The notes: generated by a model not told the origin, from the sequence alone. 64,000 nt of DNA from Balamuthia mandrillaris (GCA_031835245.2 JAVKOQ020000065.1:124001-188000); one strand, 5' to 3'; numbered from the stretch's first letter, positions 14,090 through 27,029 are shown. Numbers and translations are program-made.

Positions 14090-15379
14090 ATGACAAAATG
14101 TGTTTGTGACCCTCTTTCGAAGCATGGGCACAGCTACGTGCAGTGGATCGGAACAGCGTTCCATACGTGTGCCTACACTCCGGTGGATGTTACGGCCTTC
14201 ATTCTGGGCCTCCTCAACATTGCTCTGTGGTGCTGTGCTCAAGCTCCTCAGGTTTATTTTCTCCTCTCTCTTGTTCTCTCATCGAGCTTTTCTCTTCTCT
14301 CGTTTTCTGCTTCTCGTTCCCTTCTCTGTTCTCTCGTTCTGCTCTTCTCTCGTTCACTCCATCTTTTCTCAACCTCTCACTCTCTCGCTTTCTCTCCTCT
14401 CTTCTTTCTGCTCATGGCCACTCTACAAAAAAACAAAACAAAGGTTTACACAAACTGGAAGCAAGGAGAGGCAGAGGCGCTATCTGCTACATTCCTAGTC
14501 ATATGGCTGTTAGGCGACATAACGAATCTGTTGGGCACGATTCTGACCCAACAGCTGCCAGTTCAGCTCTACACCGCCATCTACTTTTGTTTGATGGACG
14601 TCGTTTTGTTGGGTCAATACTGTTACTATCGATTCAAGAATCGCCACAGAACCAAAGTCATCGACGAGCGTTCTTTCACACACGACAGCAAAAAGGGTTT
14701 CAACGATGACGAAGGAGTGAGCAAAGAAGACACTGAAGATGAGGACGACGATAAAGCAGACGAAGCAAAAGAAGGCGCAGAGACACAAAGGCAACCGTTG
14801 ATGATCCAATCGAATAACAAATCTGGTTTCGAGTCGGATTATAGCGGCAGCGAGAGTGAAGGAAGCTTGAAGATGCGAGACGTCTTCTATCAGAACTCAT
14901 TTGCAAGCCCATCGCCATCACCTACCGCTATAATGAAGTACAAACAGCTCTACGTTGTGCTTTTGTTTTCCTTCTTTGTTACTTCTTATACGGTTGGCGG
15001 TGGAAATATCAGTATTGGGGGAGGAAACGGTGTAGCTCCTCTCTCTTCTTCTGTGCCTCATTCTTCTCTCTCTTCTTCGGCCTTTAGCCAGGTCTTTCTT
15101 GATACTACTTCCGTTCCTTCCTCTTCTTTTTCTTCTTGGAGGTACTTTAGTTAACCTCTGCACCTCTTTCTCATTTGCTCCATCTCACTTGCTTTTTTTC
15201 TTCTTCATGATAGTGAATATGAAACAACGGGAAGAGTTCTACTATCGCTTAGTCATGAAGAACGGGACAACAAAGCTCCCAACTGCGAAGTAACCGCAAC
15301 TCTCAGCCAACCTATCGAAATCATCGGTAAGAGTTCTTCTTTCTTGACGTTTCTTTCTTGTCGTTTCTTTCTTGTCGTT

Positions 15380-15430
<51 letters not shown>

Positions 15431-15843
15431 GCTGCTGCTTCTTCGTTCTTCTTCGTTCTTCTTCTTCCCTAGCACTGACACAACAACATGAATCAATAGG
15501 CGATATATGCGCATGGGTGAGCGGGTTGTTGTATCTATGGTCTCGCATCCCTCAGGTGCTGCTCAACCACCGCCGCAAGTCGGTGGAAGGCCTCTCCTTC
15601 TTCATGTTCTTCTGCTCCACGATGGCCAACATCTGTTACGGCCTGGCCGTGCTGATGCCCGGTCCTACGCTGAACAGCCACTTTTACCGAGCGACCTTGG
15701 CGTACCTCGTTGGCAGCGTGTTGGTGTTGGTGCCCAGTCTGGTCATTCTCTACCAGTTTGGCATCTACAAGTGGGTGCCTTATTTCAAAGAACGGCGGAA
15801 ACGACAGAAACTTCTTCGAGCGCCAACGTTTAGCGAAGCATAA
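14090..15843 (+). CDS. PQ-loop lysosomal cationic amino-acid transporter (PQLC2/LAAT-1/Ypq-like)
   Basis: Two PQ loops: WCCAQAPQ|VYTNWK...EALSATFLVIWLLGDITNL and LYLWSRIPQVLLNHRRKSVEGLSFFMF. Confidence 0.9.
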
Positions 15844-15951
15844 AAATAAATAAACGAAAAGAGGAATTTTTTTTTGTTTCTTATCCAACAGTTATTATTA
15901 TTATTAAACTTGTATACAGTTTTAACGAAAATTAAATACTGAAAGAAAAAG

Positions 15952-15988
<37 letters not shown>

Positions 15989-15990
<2 letters not shown>

Positions 15991-18900
15991 AACTCAACGA
16001 AGAATCGGGCGACCGAGAAACAACACCGTTACGCTGAGCACCCATAGAGATGCGTTTGCTAGATGGTGATATCATCGTTTCAGAAGAAGAAGAAGAGGGA
16101 GAGGTCGGCCGAAGCTCTTGTATTTCTTTCTCTTGTTGTTCAAAAGACACTTTTCGTTCGGAAAGCTGTTGCATCTTTTCAGCCATTTTCTGTTTGATCT
16201 CCGCCACTTTCAACATCGTCTCCTCCTTTCTTCGTCGCTTCTCTTCGTCCTCGGCCTCCTGTCTGCGTGCAAGACTCTCTCTCCAAAGATTGAGATACTC
16301 GTCGTTATAGTTGTGGATGTCGAGGTCGTGGTTGCGGTTGTTATTGTTATTGTTATTGTTATGGCGGATCTCTGCTGCGCGGGTTAAACTAAAGTCGGAG
16401 TTGCTTCTTCCGTAACTTTGCGCTTTGAGTTCAGCTTGCCATGCCACCGCTTTGTCGCTGCTGTAACATTTGTCTGGTGGATGCTGTTGGCTGTTATTGT
16501 TGTCATTGTTGATCAGTGGCTCCATTCGTTTGCTGAGCCCTATCAACACTCGTCTGTTTGGTCGTTTGTCTTCTCCTTCGTTTAGTTCTCTTTCTTCTTT
16601 TACTTCTCTGTCATCTGCTACATTTTGTTCTTCGGCAGCTTTTGCTTCTTCCTCTCTTTGCTCCTCGGTTGGGTCTTCTTTTCGTTCTTGTGGAGATGAA
16701 GGTATGATCTTCCTTGGATCTGGTTGATACATTATCGATTCGTTTCCATTCTCGATATTGTTATCGTTTAAAGCATTGAATTGACGACAAACGCCGATCC
16801 AAGAACTGCGTTGATAAAAAGGAGATGTTGCCACCGGCGAAGAACGAATCCGAAAGTAGTTGCTGTGGTTATTCGGATGATGAGAAGCATCGCTACGAGG
16901 ATACAAAACACCATCTCTTTTGCCACTATCGCTTGATATCTTGATCGGTTCTTTCAAATTTACTTCTGATTCTTCTTCCTCTTCTTCTTCGTCATCCTCC
17001 TGGCGCCTCCTTCTTTCTTCTATTTCGTTGTTACTCTTTCGTTTTTCTTTCTCTTCTGTTTCGTTGCGTTCGGCATCAAGAATTGCTTCCAACTCCTTAC
17101 GACTACTTTCGATGACTTCCTTCCATACTTCCACCAATCCCGATTGCGGCTGTCCCTCCAATAACATTGTGTACTTTTCTATTTTCAGTTGTTGCTCCAA
17201 CTTTAACTTTTCTCGTTCGTTCTCCTCTTCTTCATCCAGCCCAATGTGCTCCAATCGTAGTTCCCGTGTCATTCGTCGAAAGTCATTCAAACGTTGTTTG
17301 CGACGTAAGGGTTGTGTTTGTTGTATCCTTGGGGAGGCAGAAGGGAGAGAGGAAGCCGAGGACGACAATAATGTCGAGGATGAAGGATCAGAAGAAGAAG
17401 GCCCCGGACGCTTTGGTTGGCTTCTCTGCAAAACAAGAAAATCAAATATAAGTCGAAAGCTAGCAAGAAGAATAACATAGTAAAAGAGAGAAAGAAGAGT
17501 GACCGAAGGAAATACATACAGCTTTATAGGCTGCAAATAATTGTTGGTAAATGGCATCGTCTTGGCAAACCTTTTGCCGAAAATGTTCTTGCAAGTCCGC
17601 TTCCAATGGTTCTGTTATGATGTTCACAACCATGTCATTGTCGGGTAACGACTCCAAAAATCTAAAAGACGCAGAAATAAGGAATAAGTGATAAGGAACA
17701 AAGAAACAGAGAGAGAGAGAGAGAGAGAGAGAGGGACAACGAAGGTACTTTTTCGGCTTATTGTACAAATCCAAATCGGACTTGTGCAAAATGGTGCCAT
17801 TGAGATCTTCCACAAACGCTGTATGAAAAGCATACCGAAACATCTCCTTCGAAGGCAAGTCCGCTCCTACTCCTCCTGCCCCACCTCCCTCCAATTTGCC
17901 ATCCTTCACTCTTCGCAAATGCCGAAACAGGATCAAGACATCTCCTTTGACGAGGCACTCCATCTCCCATTTGATGCACGTGTCCGAATCAGCAAAGTAA
18001 AAGCGAGTGGAGTCGCTAAACTTGGATGTGTAGAGCAACTTTCGAGGGTGTTGACAGGTGTCGTAGATCTCAACAAAGGGTCGGCAGCCGTGGCGCTTCC
18101 ACCGAGGGATGATAGGGAGGATGATGCGACGGATGTAGAGAGGTTGTGGATAGAGCCTTCTGCGTTCTTGTAACACTCGACCAAAGTAACGTACATATCT
18201 GTTATTTATTTTTTTGAGACGAAAGACCGTGAGAAAGGAACAGACTCGCAAAACACAAAAACAAAAAAAACCTCTTTTGAGCAACTTGAGTAACGCCCTT
18301 TTCCTTGGAGGAACGCATCTGTCCAAAAAACTCGAGAGCACCTTCAGGGCTATCAAACAAGCCCTTGAAAGAGAGATAGCACGCGATGACAGTGCCCGTT
18401 CTTCCTTTGCCTCCAACGCAGTGAATGACGCTCACGTTTAGGGGGTCAGCAGAGAGCCAGCTGTCCATCGAGACGATGATCTTGGTGAGCAGGTCCAAAG
18501 GAGGCGAGTGGTGGTCCGGAAAGTAGTATTCCAGCACTTGATGGTTGAACTTGCTGTAGTCGTACCGTCGTCCACTGTTTATTGTTTTGAAAAAAAATGG
18601 TGATGGAAAGTGAGAAAAACGAGAAGAGTGAAGCAGAGCGGAGGGAAGAGATAGAAGAGAGATCAAGAGAAAGAGAGAAGAAGAGAACGGAGAGAAGCGG
18701 AGAGAGCGGAGAGCAAAAAGAAAGAAACCTCAAGTTCCAGATCATAAAGTGTTTGCCGTGATAAGTGTTGAGCATTTGGGCCACGTCGTCGACATCGTTT
18801 CGATAGGTTGCCTCTATGCCCGACGCAGGATACGCCATCGCTGGTTATTTTTTAATTTTGCATTTCAACAAGATGAGGAAAAGAGAAAGAGAACGTGAGA

Positions 18901-19052
18901 AAAAAAAACTCAAAAGAAGAAGACACAAAAAAAAAAAACAAACCAATAATGTTGGAGGTGATGTAGGTCAAGTCCAGGTTATGTTGCTTGTCGGCGAAGC
19001 GGATTCTGTCCTGTGAGACCGTGGCACGAATCTTGTTCTTCAACGGCGTCAT
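15989..19052 (-). CDS. PTEN-family phosphoinositide phosphatase (phosphatase + C2 domain + long low-complexity tail)
   Basis: VSQDRIRF...LDLTYITSNIIAMAYPA..IEATYRN, FPDHHSPPL, P-loop HCVGGKGRTG, GVTQVAQKRYVRYF. C2 domain ...VKGDVLILF...MFRYAFHTAFV. Confidence 0.9.
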
Positions 19053-19308
19053 TTTTGAGAGAGAACGGGGGTTGAAAGAACCAACAACAACAACAACACA
19101 ACACAAACGAACGCAAAGCAAAAAAAAAAAAAACGAAACGGGTCCCCAACAAGCTATCCACGATGCCTCATACCTCTCTCTCTACTTCTTTTTTTTTTTT
19201 TGCTTTTACACTTTTTAATTCTTTCGTCAGACGAAGCCAATTGCTTCCATTTCAAAGCACCAATGATCATTCAATTCGGCTCCCCCGATCGCAATGGCCG
19301 AATTAACA

Positions 19309-19335
19309 GTCGACAATAATCATTTGTCGACAAAT
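19309..19335. promoter_or_regulatory. Paired GTCGAC motifs, including the palindrome ATTTGTCGACAAAT, in the PTEN/Cox1-c divergent promoter
   Basis: Seen directly. The same motif recurs upstream of many genes. Confidence 0.5.
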
Positions 19336-19489
19336 TTGAGGGTTCTTCCTGCATCCGGGCTGACATCAGCACTGCGACCCCAAAACAAAAAAATAAAAAT
19401 ATTTTTTTCATTTATTTTTTGCAAAAAAAAATTGATTTCTTTTTTGTTTTTGTGAGAGAAAAAAAGAACAAAAAAAAAAGCAACGCACG

Positions 19490-20373
19490 ATGCGACGAGG
19501 ACTTTCGTTATCGCTGGCGAGCGGCGGCCGCGGGCTCACGGCCCGCCACTCCCTCCTTTCCACACAGGGCCGTGGCGCGATCTTCTCCTCCGCCTCCTCC
19601 CGCTCCATCTCCTTCTTCAAGCAGGACGCCAAGAGCGTGGAGGCCAAGGTCGGCCTCTACGACCACGATGAGCTGCCCTACTTTGCCCCCGAGAGTATGC
19701 CCGCCGACCCGCCGACCACGGCGGACGAGGTTTGGTACAATGAGGAGGAGCGCTCCCTCCCCGCCAAACTCAAGACGCTGAAGCAGGTGGAACAGCTCGC
19801 CGACGTGCTTGAAGACAAGGAGCTGGGCATGACCCTGGACGAAATGGAGGACATCTCAGAGTTTGTCCACAACTACGAGGAGCCCGTCACGGCGGACCCC
19901 ATGAAGGTCCTCTTCACCAAGGAGTACTGGGAGGATCCTGAGAACTGGGACCCTCACGACTACATGTGGGCCGTCAAGGTCTGGCAACTGGAAAACAGGT
20001 TTGTTGCTTTTATTATTTATTTTTTCACTTCCTCCCCCCCTTTTTTTTTGTTAATCTTCATCAAACTCATTTTCTATAATTTTTTAATCTTTCTCTCTCG
20101 CTCTCCCCAATTGATTGCTTCTGTCTGTTGTTAATCAACACAAAATCAATGGTTCACTCGCTCACTCAATTATTCCCGTTTTTTTGTTTCTCAAAAAATT
20201 AAATCCTCAGCCTTGGCCTGAAGACACCAGAGGAAAGATTGGCCTGGAGACAGAGCGTGGACATCTCCTCCGGCTACATGACGTTGGAGTGGGTGCTGCC
20301 CTCCCCTCCCCCCGAGCACACCTTTGATGAGTACCCCATCATCAAGGACAACCCCGATGACCCTGGAGTCTAA
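19490..20373 (+). CDS. Nucleus-encoded C-terminal fragment of cytochrome c oxidase subunit 1 (Cox1-c) with mitochondrial presequence
   Basis: Arg/Ser-rich, acid-free N-terminus. Intron 19999-20210. Exon 2 encodes TLEWVLPSPPPEHTFDEYPII, the conserved Cox1 C-terminal motif. TAA at 20371-20373. Confidence 0.85.
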
Positions 20374-20519
20374 ATATATTATTTTGCCCTCACCCTTGAA
20401 AAGATTTAAAAAGCAACAAAACACATCAAACGAAAGAAGGAGGCCTCTCTCACTCTGTTCTTTTTTCAATGCACCTCTAAAAAAAAACTCCCCTTTTGTG
20501 TTCTTCTTATCTTTGTTCT

Positions 20520-20570
<51 letters not shown>

Positions 20571-20681
20571 CTCAGGTGTTGTGTCTTTCTTTGTGGATGA
20601 AGCTCAGATGAAATCAAGAAGGAACAAGTCATCGAAGATGTCTCGTTGGGTGGGTCCTTTCGCGCACGCTGGCAACGTTCT

Positions 20682-21937
20682 TTACAAAGAAGGATCAGTT
20701 CGCTCCTTTCAAAACGAGAGAAAGGGAGAACGAGAAAGAGAGAAAGAGAGGTGCGTATTTGTACCGTTTCGTAGGTTCCTCGTCAACTTCGTCTTCGTCC
20801 TCCTCAAAGTCGTCGTGTTCAGCGCTGTGGATGTCTGGTTCCCACTTGAGACAGGCAGAAGAGGGGGATGAGGAAAAGGAGGACGAGGATGAGGGCAGAT
20901 TCTTTGGAACAACAGGTCTATCCATCATCACATCGTTTTCTTCGTCTTGTCCTATCCACAAAGAAGGAGAACATTTGTCATCAGCGATGATTCGTTTGCG
21001 ACCCAAGTCTTGAGCGATGAAGCAAAGCTCGGAATCCACTGCCTCTTTTAATGGTTTTTTTGATTGATGTTGTTGGCGTCGTTGCTGTTGTGATTGTTGC
21101 CGGCTGGAGAGCGCATTTATGGATGTCTCCGTAGCTCTTCTTGCAAAGACATTAGAGTCGGTTTGTTTGGTCTTTTTCTTGCTGCTGGCTTTCGTTTGGG
21201 TCTTGGGCTGCTGCTTTGAACGCGAGGTATCATTGAACGACGAACGTTTCCTTTTCTTCTGATCCGAACTCTTCTTTGGCGCACAACCTTCCCAGGCGAA
21301 AGTACTTCCCGAAAGCGGTGCAGAAAGGCCCGAATCCGTATGGTGGCGCTTGTTCTTCAAATGAAAAGGATAAGAGAAGAGGTAAAAACAAAGTAGGCAA
21401 AGTGAATGAGAAGGAAGCAAGCAAAGCAGAAAGCAGAAAGGTGAAGAAGAAAGAAAGAACAGAAACGAGGCATGATAAGGAAAGGACGCTACGAGAAAGA
21501 CGATGTCTGGTTGACAAACCATTCCTTTGCTGAGAGCATGTCCAGTGGAGAGCAACCTGACTCCTTTCAGCTGTTGAAGAAAAGAGTACAGCCTCTGCTG
21601 TTTTCCTTGCAGCATGTGCGCATCAAAGTCATAAACCTCTGTTGCTTGTTGGCTTTTTTTTAACCTCGTCAACCAAATAAAACCTTTTCACTCCCATCGA
21701 GAATAGGGAGATGTGTGAGAGAGAGAGAGAGAGAAGAGAAGAGAAGAGAAGAGAAGAGAAGAGAAGAGAAGAGAAGAGAAGAGAACGATGAAGAGAACGA
21801 TGAAGAGAAGAGAAGAGAACGATGAAGAGAACGATGAAGAGAAGAGAGAGAGAGATGCACAAAGCAGCTCCTTCCTACCTATCCTCATACGAGTTCTCAG
21901 GGTCTCCCGGCACTTCATCACGCTTGCTGCTATTCAT
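20682..21937 (-). CDS. Hypothetical multi-exon protein; ends approximate
   Basis: ATG at 21937 (MNSSKRDEVPGDPENSYEDR), a GT donor, CT-rich introns and an open coding-like stretch at 20760-21345. Joining exon 1 to exon 2 needs one A fewer in the homopolymer at 21654-21661. Confidence 0.4.
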
Positions 21938-22213
21938 TTTAGTTTTTTTTTTTTGCTACTACCGTTTTGTTCTCTGCTGGCTGTGTTTGTTCGTCCAAAC
22001 TACTTCTTTGGTAACAAACCCAACGAAGAAAAAGTGAAAATGCTTTTGTCTGCTACTACTGCTACATTTTCTAGGCTTGCTACTTTTTTTTCTTTCCACT
22101 TCTTCTCCCCCCTTAGCTGCCTTCCCACCCGCTATCTTTTTTGTTAACTTTTGGCGGGAAGCACCACATCGGGTCGTCCCGTAATATTTGAGAATCCTCT
22201 CATCTATTCTCTA

Positions 22214-22261
<48 letters not shown>

Positions 22262-22415
22262 CCATATCTCCCTCTTCTCACGTTTCAGCAAACTCTTCCA
22301 AAAGCAAAGGAAGGATAATTTAAAAAAAAAACCACAAATGTATTCACTTTGGTGCGAACTCTGGAAAGGTTGGGCAACAAAGAGATAGAGCAGTACGTAG
22401 ATGCAACCACTGCCA

Positions 22416-23883
22416 TTACGGGGCCAAGACTAACGGCAAGCCATCTGTCTTGCCTATGACAACCATTTTGGCGTTGGGCGACTGGGCCAACTTCTCCGTT
22501 GCTTTGTGCATAAGGAATACAAGGATGAGTTAACCAGAAAGAACGTCTTCAAGAGGCAACAAAAGAGTACTGTACCTTCGATGCCTTTCCACCTTAAAAG
22601 CGGCTCAGAGATGCCTTCCGTTACGATCCTTTGGAACTCTGAGATACCTTTGGCTTCGATCACCTTTCTCTTGGCCTCGGCTTCTTCTCTCTGCAGCACC
22701 CAAGACATTCTTTCTGCTTCTTGCTCGGCTCTAAGTTTCTCCTCAATGGCTATTCTCATGAGAATAAACAACGTCAATACCAAATGAATCATGCAGGGAG
22801 AAGAGAGGCGAGAAGGAGAGAAGCAGAGAAGAGAGAGAGAGAGTGTTTTACCGACAACAAGCCGTTCGGGCATTATGATACCATTAATAGGCGTTTCATC
22901 CACAATGATGCCCCTTTCTTTCAACACCTCGTTGAGGTGAAGTTTCAGTCGGTTGCTTATCTGCGTGCGCACTTGGGCAGTGTAGAGGCCCTTAGCTTCA
23001 TGCCCTGATGTAAGCTCACGGATGATAGATTTGAAGTGTGGCAGCAACACCACGTCCGCATATTTGGTTCCAAGTGTCTGGTGGTTGGCTTCTTCAGTGC
23101 CCAGCAGGCAGGAGGGATGGTAGGGAGAGGAGAAGCAAGAGCAGAGAAAAGAAAAGAGAGGAAGAACAGGCAAGGAACAAAAAGAACAGCAAAGAAGAAG
23201 ACAGGAGATATATAAAACCTTGTAAACGTGCGAGGCTTTAGTCGGGTCAAGGCGGTACAGAGCAGAAACCTCGAGCTGCACTGTGAGGCCTTCGCTGGAG
23301 GGAACCAAGGCGGTGGTCTCCACCCTCTGTGTTTTGGTTGAGAAGAGCACACAGCGAGCAAGCGGGTTCTGAAGAACGTGGTCTTAACGTGTTGCTTACA
23401 TGTGGACTCAAAAACCAAAGAGCAAGGGAGCGCACAAACCTTGAAGTGAAAGCCGGGAGGAAGGTTGAGGTCACGAACGTCCCCAAAGAAGTCGATCAGG
23501 CCAACGTGGCCAGCAGGCACAACGCAGAACGAAGCCGAACAGGCGGCCACCACAACAACGGCCCCCGCTATGGCTGCTGCCGTTGTCATCGTGAGCTTGG
23601 TCTGCCTGAATAGCTCCGCCATTGGCTGTCCTGTAGATCTGCTATAGCGGCGAGCAGAGGAGGGGCGAGGAAACGCGTGCGGCCTGGAGGAGCGGCAAAG
23701 GCTGCCAAAGAGGGCAGAAGACGAGCTGCGGGGAGGCGCCAAGAACCCGGGACCCACCTTGCCCGCGCGGTAGCTGCACGTGCTGAACAAAGCCCGTGGA
23801 GTCAGCGGGCTTCTCCTCGAGAGCAAGCCTCCTCCTCCCGCCAAGCGACTGGCACACCCCAAAGGCAAACTGCTTCCCTTCAT
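22416..23883 (-). CDS. SPFH/band-7 (prohibitin-family) protein with a presequence-like N-terminus
   Basis: FCVVPAGHVGLIDFFG...LPPGFHFKNP, SSEGLTVQLEVSALYRLDP, AIEEKLRAEQEAERM...EAKRKVIEAKGISEFQRIVTEGISEPLLRWKGIEATEKLAQSPNAKMVVIG. Four introns. Confidence 0.9.
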
Positions 23884-24111
23884 TTCGTGTGTGTATTGTT
23901 GTTTTGGTCTGAGCCTCTTCAAACGACAAAGGAGCAGAGAGCCGGCCCGTTGCTGCTGCTTCTCTCTTCTTCGAAGAAAAACATTCAGGTAACAATTTAA
24001 AGGGGACCTTCTTGCTTACATCAGCTGGTTACACCATCCACGAGCTGTTTGGTCTCTTTGTTGCCTGTCCACAAGGACTTCCTTCATTGTGGTCCACCTC
24101 CTCCCGGAGAG

Positions 24112-24154
<43 letters not shown>

Positions 24155-24183
24155 CAAGAGGAGAAAGGTGCAATTGCATCTCC

Positions 24184-25044
24184 TCAGGGTTTCTCCCACT
24201 CGGCCATGGAGCCTTTGTAGTTTTTCACATTCTTGAAGCCGTGTTGCGAGAGTGTCTCGCAGGAGTAGGCGCTGCGCATGCCTGTTCTGCAGTAACATAT
24301 GATCTGCTCAACGACACAACGCTTCAGCGCCTTTGCACTTCAGAACGAGAGAGAGGGAGAGAGAACACACATACCTCATCTTCTGCTTTTGGTTTCGGAA
24401 AGCCAAACTCTTCTTCCCACTCCTCATCGCTCAGTTGCAACGCCCTGTGGAGTTGAGGATCTGTACCCAACGGAAAAGCACAAGTCAGTCCCTCCTTCAT
24501 CTTCGATGAAGAAAGAAAACGAGAGAGGTTTAAACACAAAGCAAATACATGGAACGTTGTGCGCCGTGTCTATCCAGCCGAGGTGGTGCAGCTCCTCCGG
24601 CTCTCGCACGTCCAAAAGGACAAAGTCACTTCCAGGTTTGCCCTCGTGCTTTCGTCTGAGCTTCTCCAGGAGCTCCTCTTTTGTGACCACAGGGATCGGG
24701 TCCCGCTCTGGCTTGCCCCACCCGAACAGGGTCCGTCTCTGCGGGTGGCAAGGACGAGAGGACGACCACGCCACCGAGCTCAGGCGAGCCTCTCTGGCCT
24801 GGTCGGAGTCATCTCCGAGGAAGAACCGCCGAGAGAAGGAGGGAGCAGAAGAGGAGAAGGAGGAGGAAGCAACGGAACGCTTATCGCTTCGAAGGAAGAG
24901 GTCGTTGCGCTGTGAGGAGCGCGAGAATAGCTTGGTGGCCGCGGCGGTTGTGGTGGTGCCGCCGCCGCTCGGTGGTGAGCGCAACCCGAACGATCCTTGC
25001 CCTTCCCCACAAACACGGCACAGCCCTCTTGGCCCAACCCTCAT
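24184..25044 (-). CDS. Single-domain rhodanese/sulfurtransferase (Rdl/TSTD-like), probably mitochondrial
   Basis: FVLLDVREPEE...IDTAHNVP, FGFPKP, active site IICYCRTGMRS, HGFKNVKNYKGSMAEW. Arg/Ser-rich N-terminus. Confidence 0.85.
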
Positions 25045-25122
25045 TTTTGCTGCGTCCTTTTTTTTAAAAACTTTGTTTTGTTCTCACACAGAACAGTTCT
25101 TTACAGGAGGCCATGTAGCTTG

Positions 25123-25158
<36 letters not shown>

Positions 25159-25196
25159 AGGGAGAAAAGAGGAGAGGGCAGAGTCATTCTCGGCAT

Positions 25197-25785
25197 TCAG
25201 GCCGTGTGGGAGTACTTGGCGGCGAGGTTGCCGATGAAAGGGATCTTCCAGCCCACGGAGCTATCCCGGTGGAACTTGAGGCTCTGGAAGATGATCAAGC
25301 AGATGGAGCAGAGGTAGATGAGAAAGGCGATGGGGGTGATGAAGCCACCGACGCCCACCGTGTTGCTGAGCACCGCGTCCAACACGATGAGAGGCACGAG
25401 GACGCAGCAAAAGTAGGCGGCAGCAAAGAGCATGGCCTGCATGCCGTGGAAAAGCACAAAGGCGTTGCCCCCGCGACTGCTCAGCTTCTCCACGAGATAG
25501 ACAATGCAGCCTCCGATAAAGAGAAAGATGTAGCCCAGGCTCACCACAAGAATACCTGGAAGTCCCGAACTGATGTAGTGTCGTAACGTAACGTAGTCAG
25601 CAACAAGGCCCGAGAGTAACCACAGAGAGCAAGAGAGCCGAAGAGAGAGCAGCAGAAGAAGCAGGAAGAGGAGGAAAAGATTGAGAAGGAGAACAACAAC
25701 AAACAACAGCAGAAAAAGCAGAAGAAGCAGAGGCAGAAGGGGAAGAAGTGTTTATGGCCAGAACGTACGCTGAAGATGCGCCCAT
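25197..25785 (-). CDS. Small multi-pass membrane protein, UPF0132/DUF4870 (Tic20-like) family
   Basis: MGASSA|SGLP..LGYIFLFIGGCIVYLVEK...FVLFHGMQAM...WKIPFIGNLAAK matches the family pattern (LxY...EK...FVxFHAxQ; KxPxxG). One intron. Confidence 0.7.
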
Positions 25786-26143
25786 GGTGATGTCGTTTGC
25801 TTGGTGAGAGTGAACGTGTGCGTGCGCTGTTCGTTACCGTTTTTCTACTACCTCGTTTCGTACGTGTGCGTGTTATTCGAAAAGAAACACAAACACAACG
25901 CTGCTACGTTTTTTCGCTACGTTTTTTTTTCCGTCGGTTTTGTCATATGTTCACCGGGAAAGCTTGGTGAAATTCGGTATATATTCGGTGTGTTCTGTCC
26001 TGGCCAATCGGAACGACATGTTAATAAGGAAGAATTATCTTTTTACGGAAATTCACGTGCATAAATGCCCGGAAATGGAATTACAATTATGAAGTCGACA
26101 AAAATAACATTGGAAAAGAAAACCAAGAAAAGCGTTCGAGGAA

Positions 26144-26909
26144 ATGGGGAGCGGGCACTCGGCCACGGCGAAGGAGGAGGCGGGCGAGAGAGGCATTGGA
26201 GGAGACACCGTGCCGCCTGAAGAAAGAGGTTCGTTTGTTCCTTTTTTTAAAAAAATTAACCGGAAAAATCTGCGGCTAATCCAAAGGGGATTGATCAGTT
26301 CAGAAAACAGAGAAGGAATGGAAGGAGGAGTTGACGGAAGAACAGTTCAATGTGTGCAGACAACAAGCCACGGAGCGAGCGTTCACTGGGGAGTACTGGA
26401 ACCACAAAGCAAAAGGGGCCTACCTTTGTATAGCTTGCAAAGCTCTCCTGTTCAGGTTTGTTCTCACTCTCGCTCTCTGCTCTTCTTCCTTTCTCTTCCT
26501 TCTCTCTTCTCTCCGTCATTCTCTTCTCTTATCTTCGTCGTTCTCTTCGTCGTTCTCTTCGTCGTTCTCTTCTCTTCATCGTTCTCTTCATCGTTCTCTT
26601 CTCTTCTCTTTTCTCTATACATGAAGAACAAAGCTTACACAATGTTTTAAATACAGTTCTGAGAAGAAGTTCGACTCTGGAACGGGTTGGCCTTCCTTCT
26701 GGGACAAAGCCGGCAAGATTGGCGAGCGCGAGGACCGCTCCCTTTGGTCGCCGCGCGTGGAGGTGGTCTGCGCGCGATGCGGCAGCCATCTCGGCCACGT
26801 CTTTAACGATGGGCCTAGACCCACTGGCAAACGTTACTGTATCAACTCTGCTGCGCTTCGCTTTCAACCAGATGCTGAAGACAGTGAAAACCGACCATCA
26901 ATGAAGTAA
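26144..26909 (+). CDS. msrB: Methionine-R-sulfoxide reductase B (Zn-binding)
   Basis: [74 protein letters not shown]. Two introns. Confidence 0.95.
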
Positions 26910-27029
26910 AGAGGAAGAAAAAAAAAGGTACTGAGAAACAAACAGAAGGTGTTGAAAAAAAGAAAGAACAAAGGACAAACACACTTTGGCCAAGAAATAG
27001 CGTTCTTTAACGTTTGTTTTTTTTCTTTA

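Noticed and set aside
21654..21661. Programmed frameshift in the hypothetical gene
   Set aside because: The one-base discrepancy is in a homopolymer. A sequencing error or an unrecognised splice site is more likely.
24184..24300. Apparent frameshift at the rhodanese 3' end suggested by the ORF track
   Set aside because: Re-reading gives a continuous frame, CETLSQHGFKNVKNYKGSMAEWEKP-stop.
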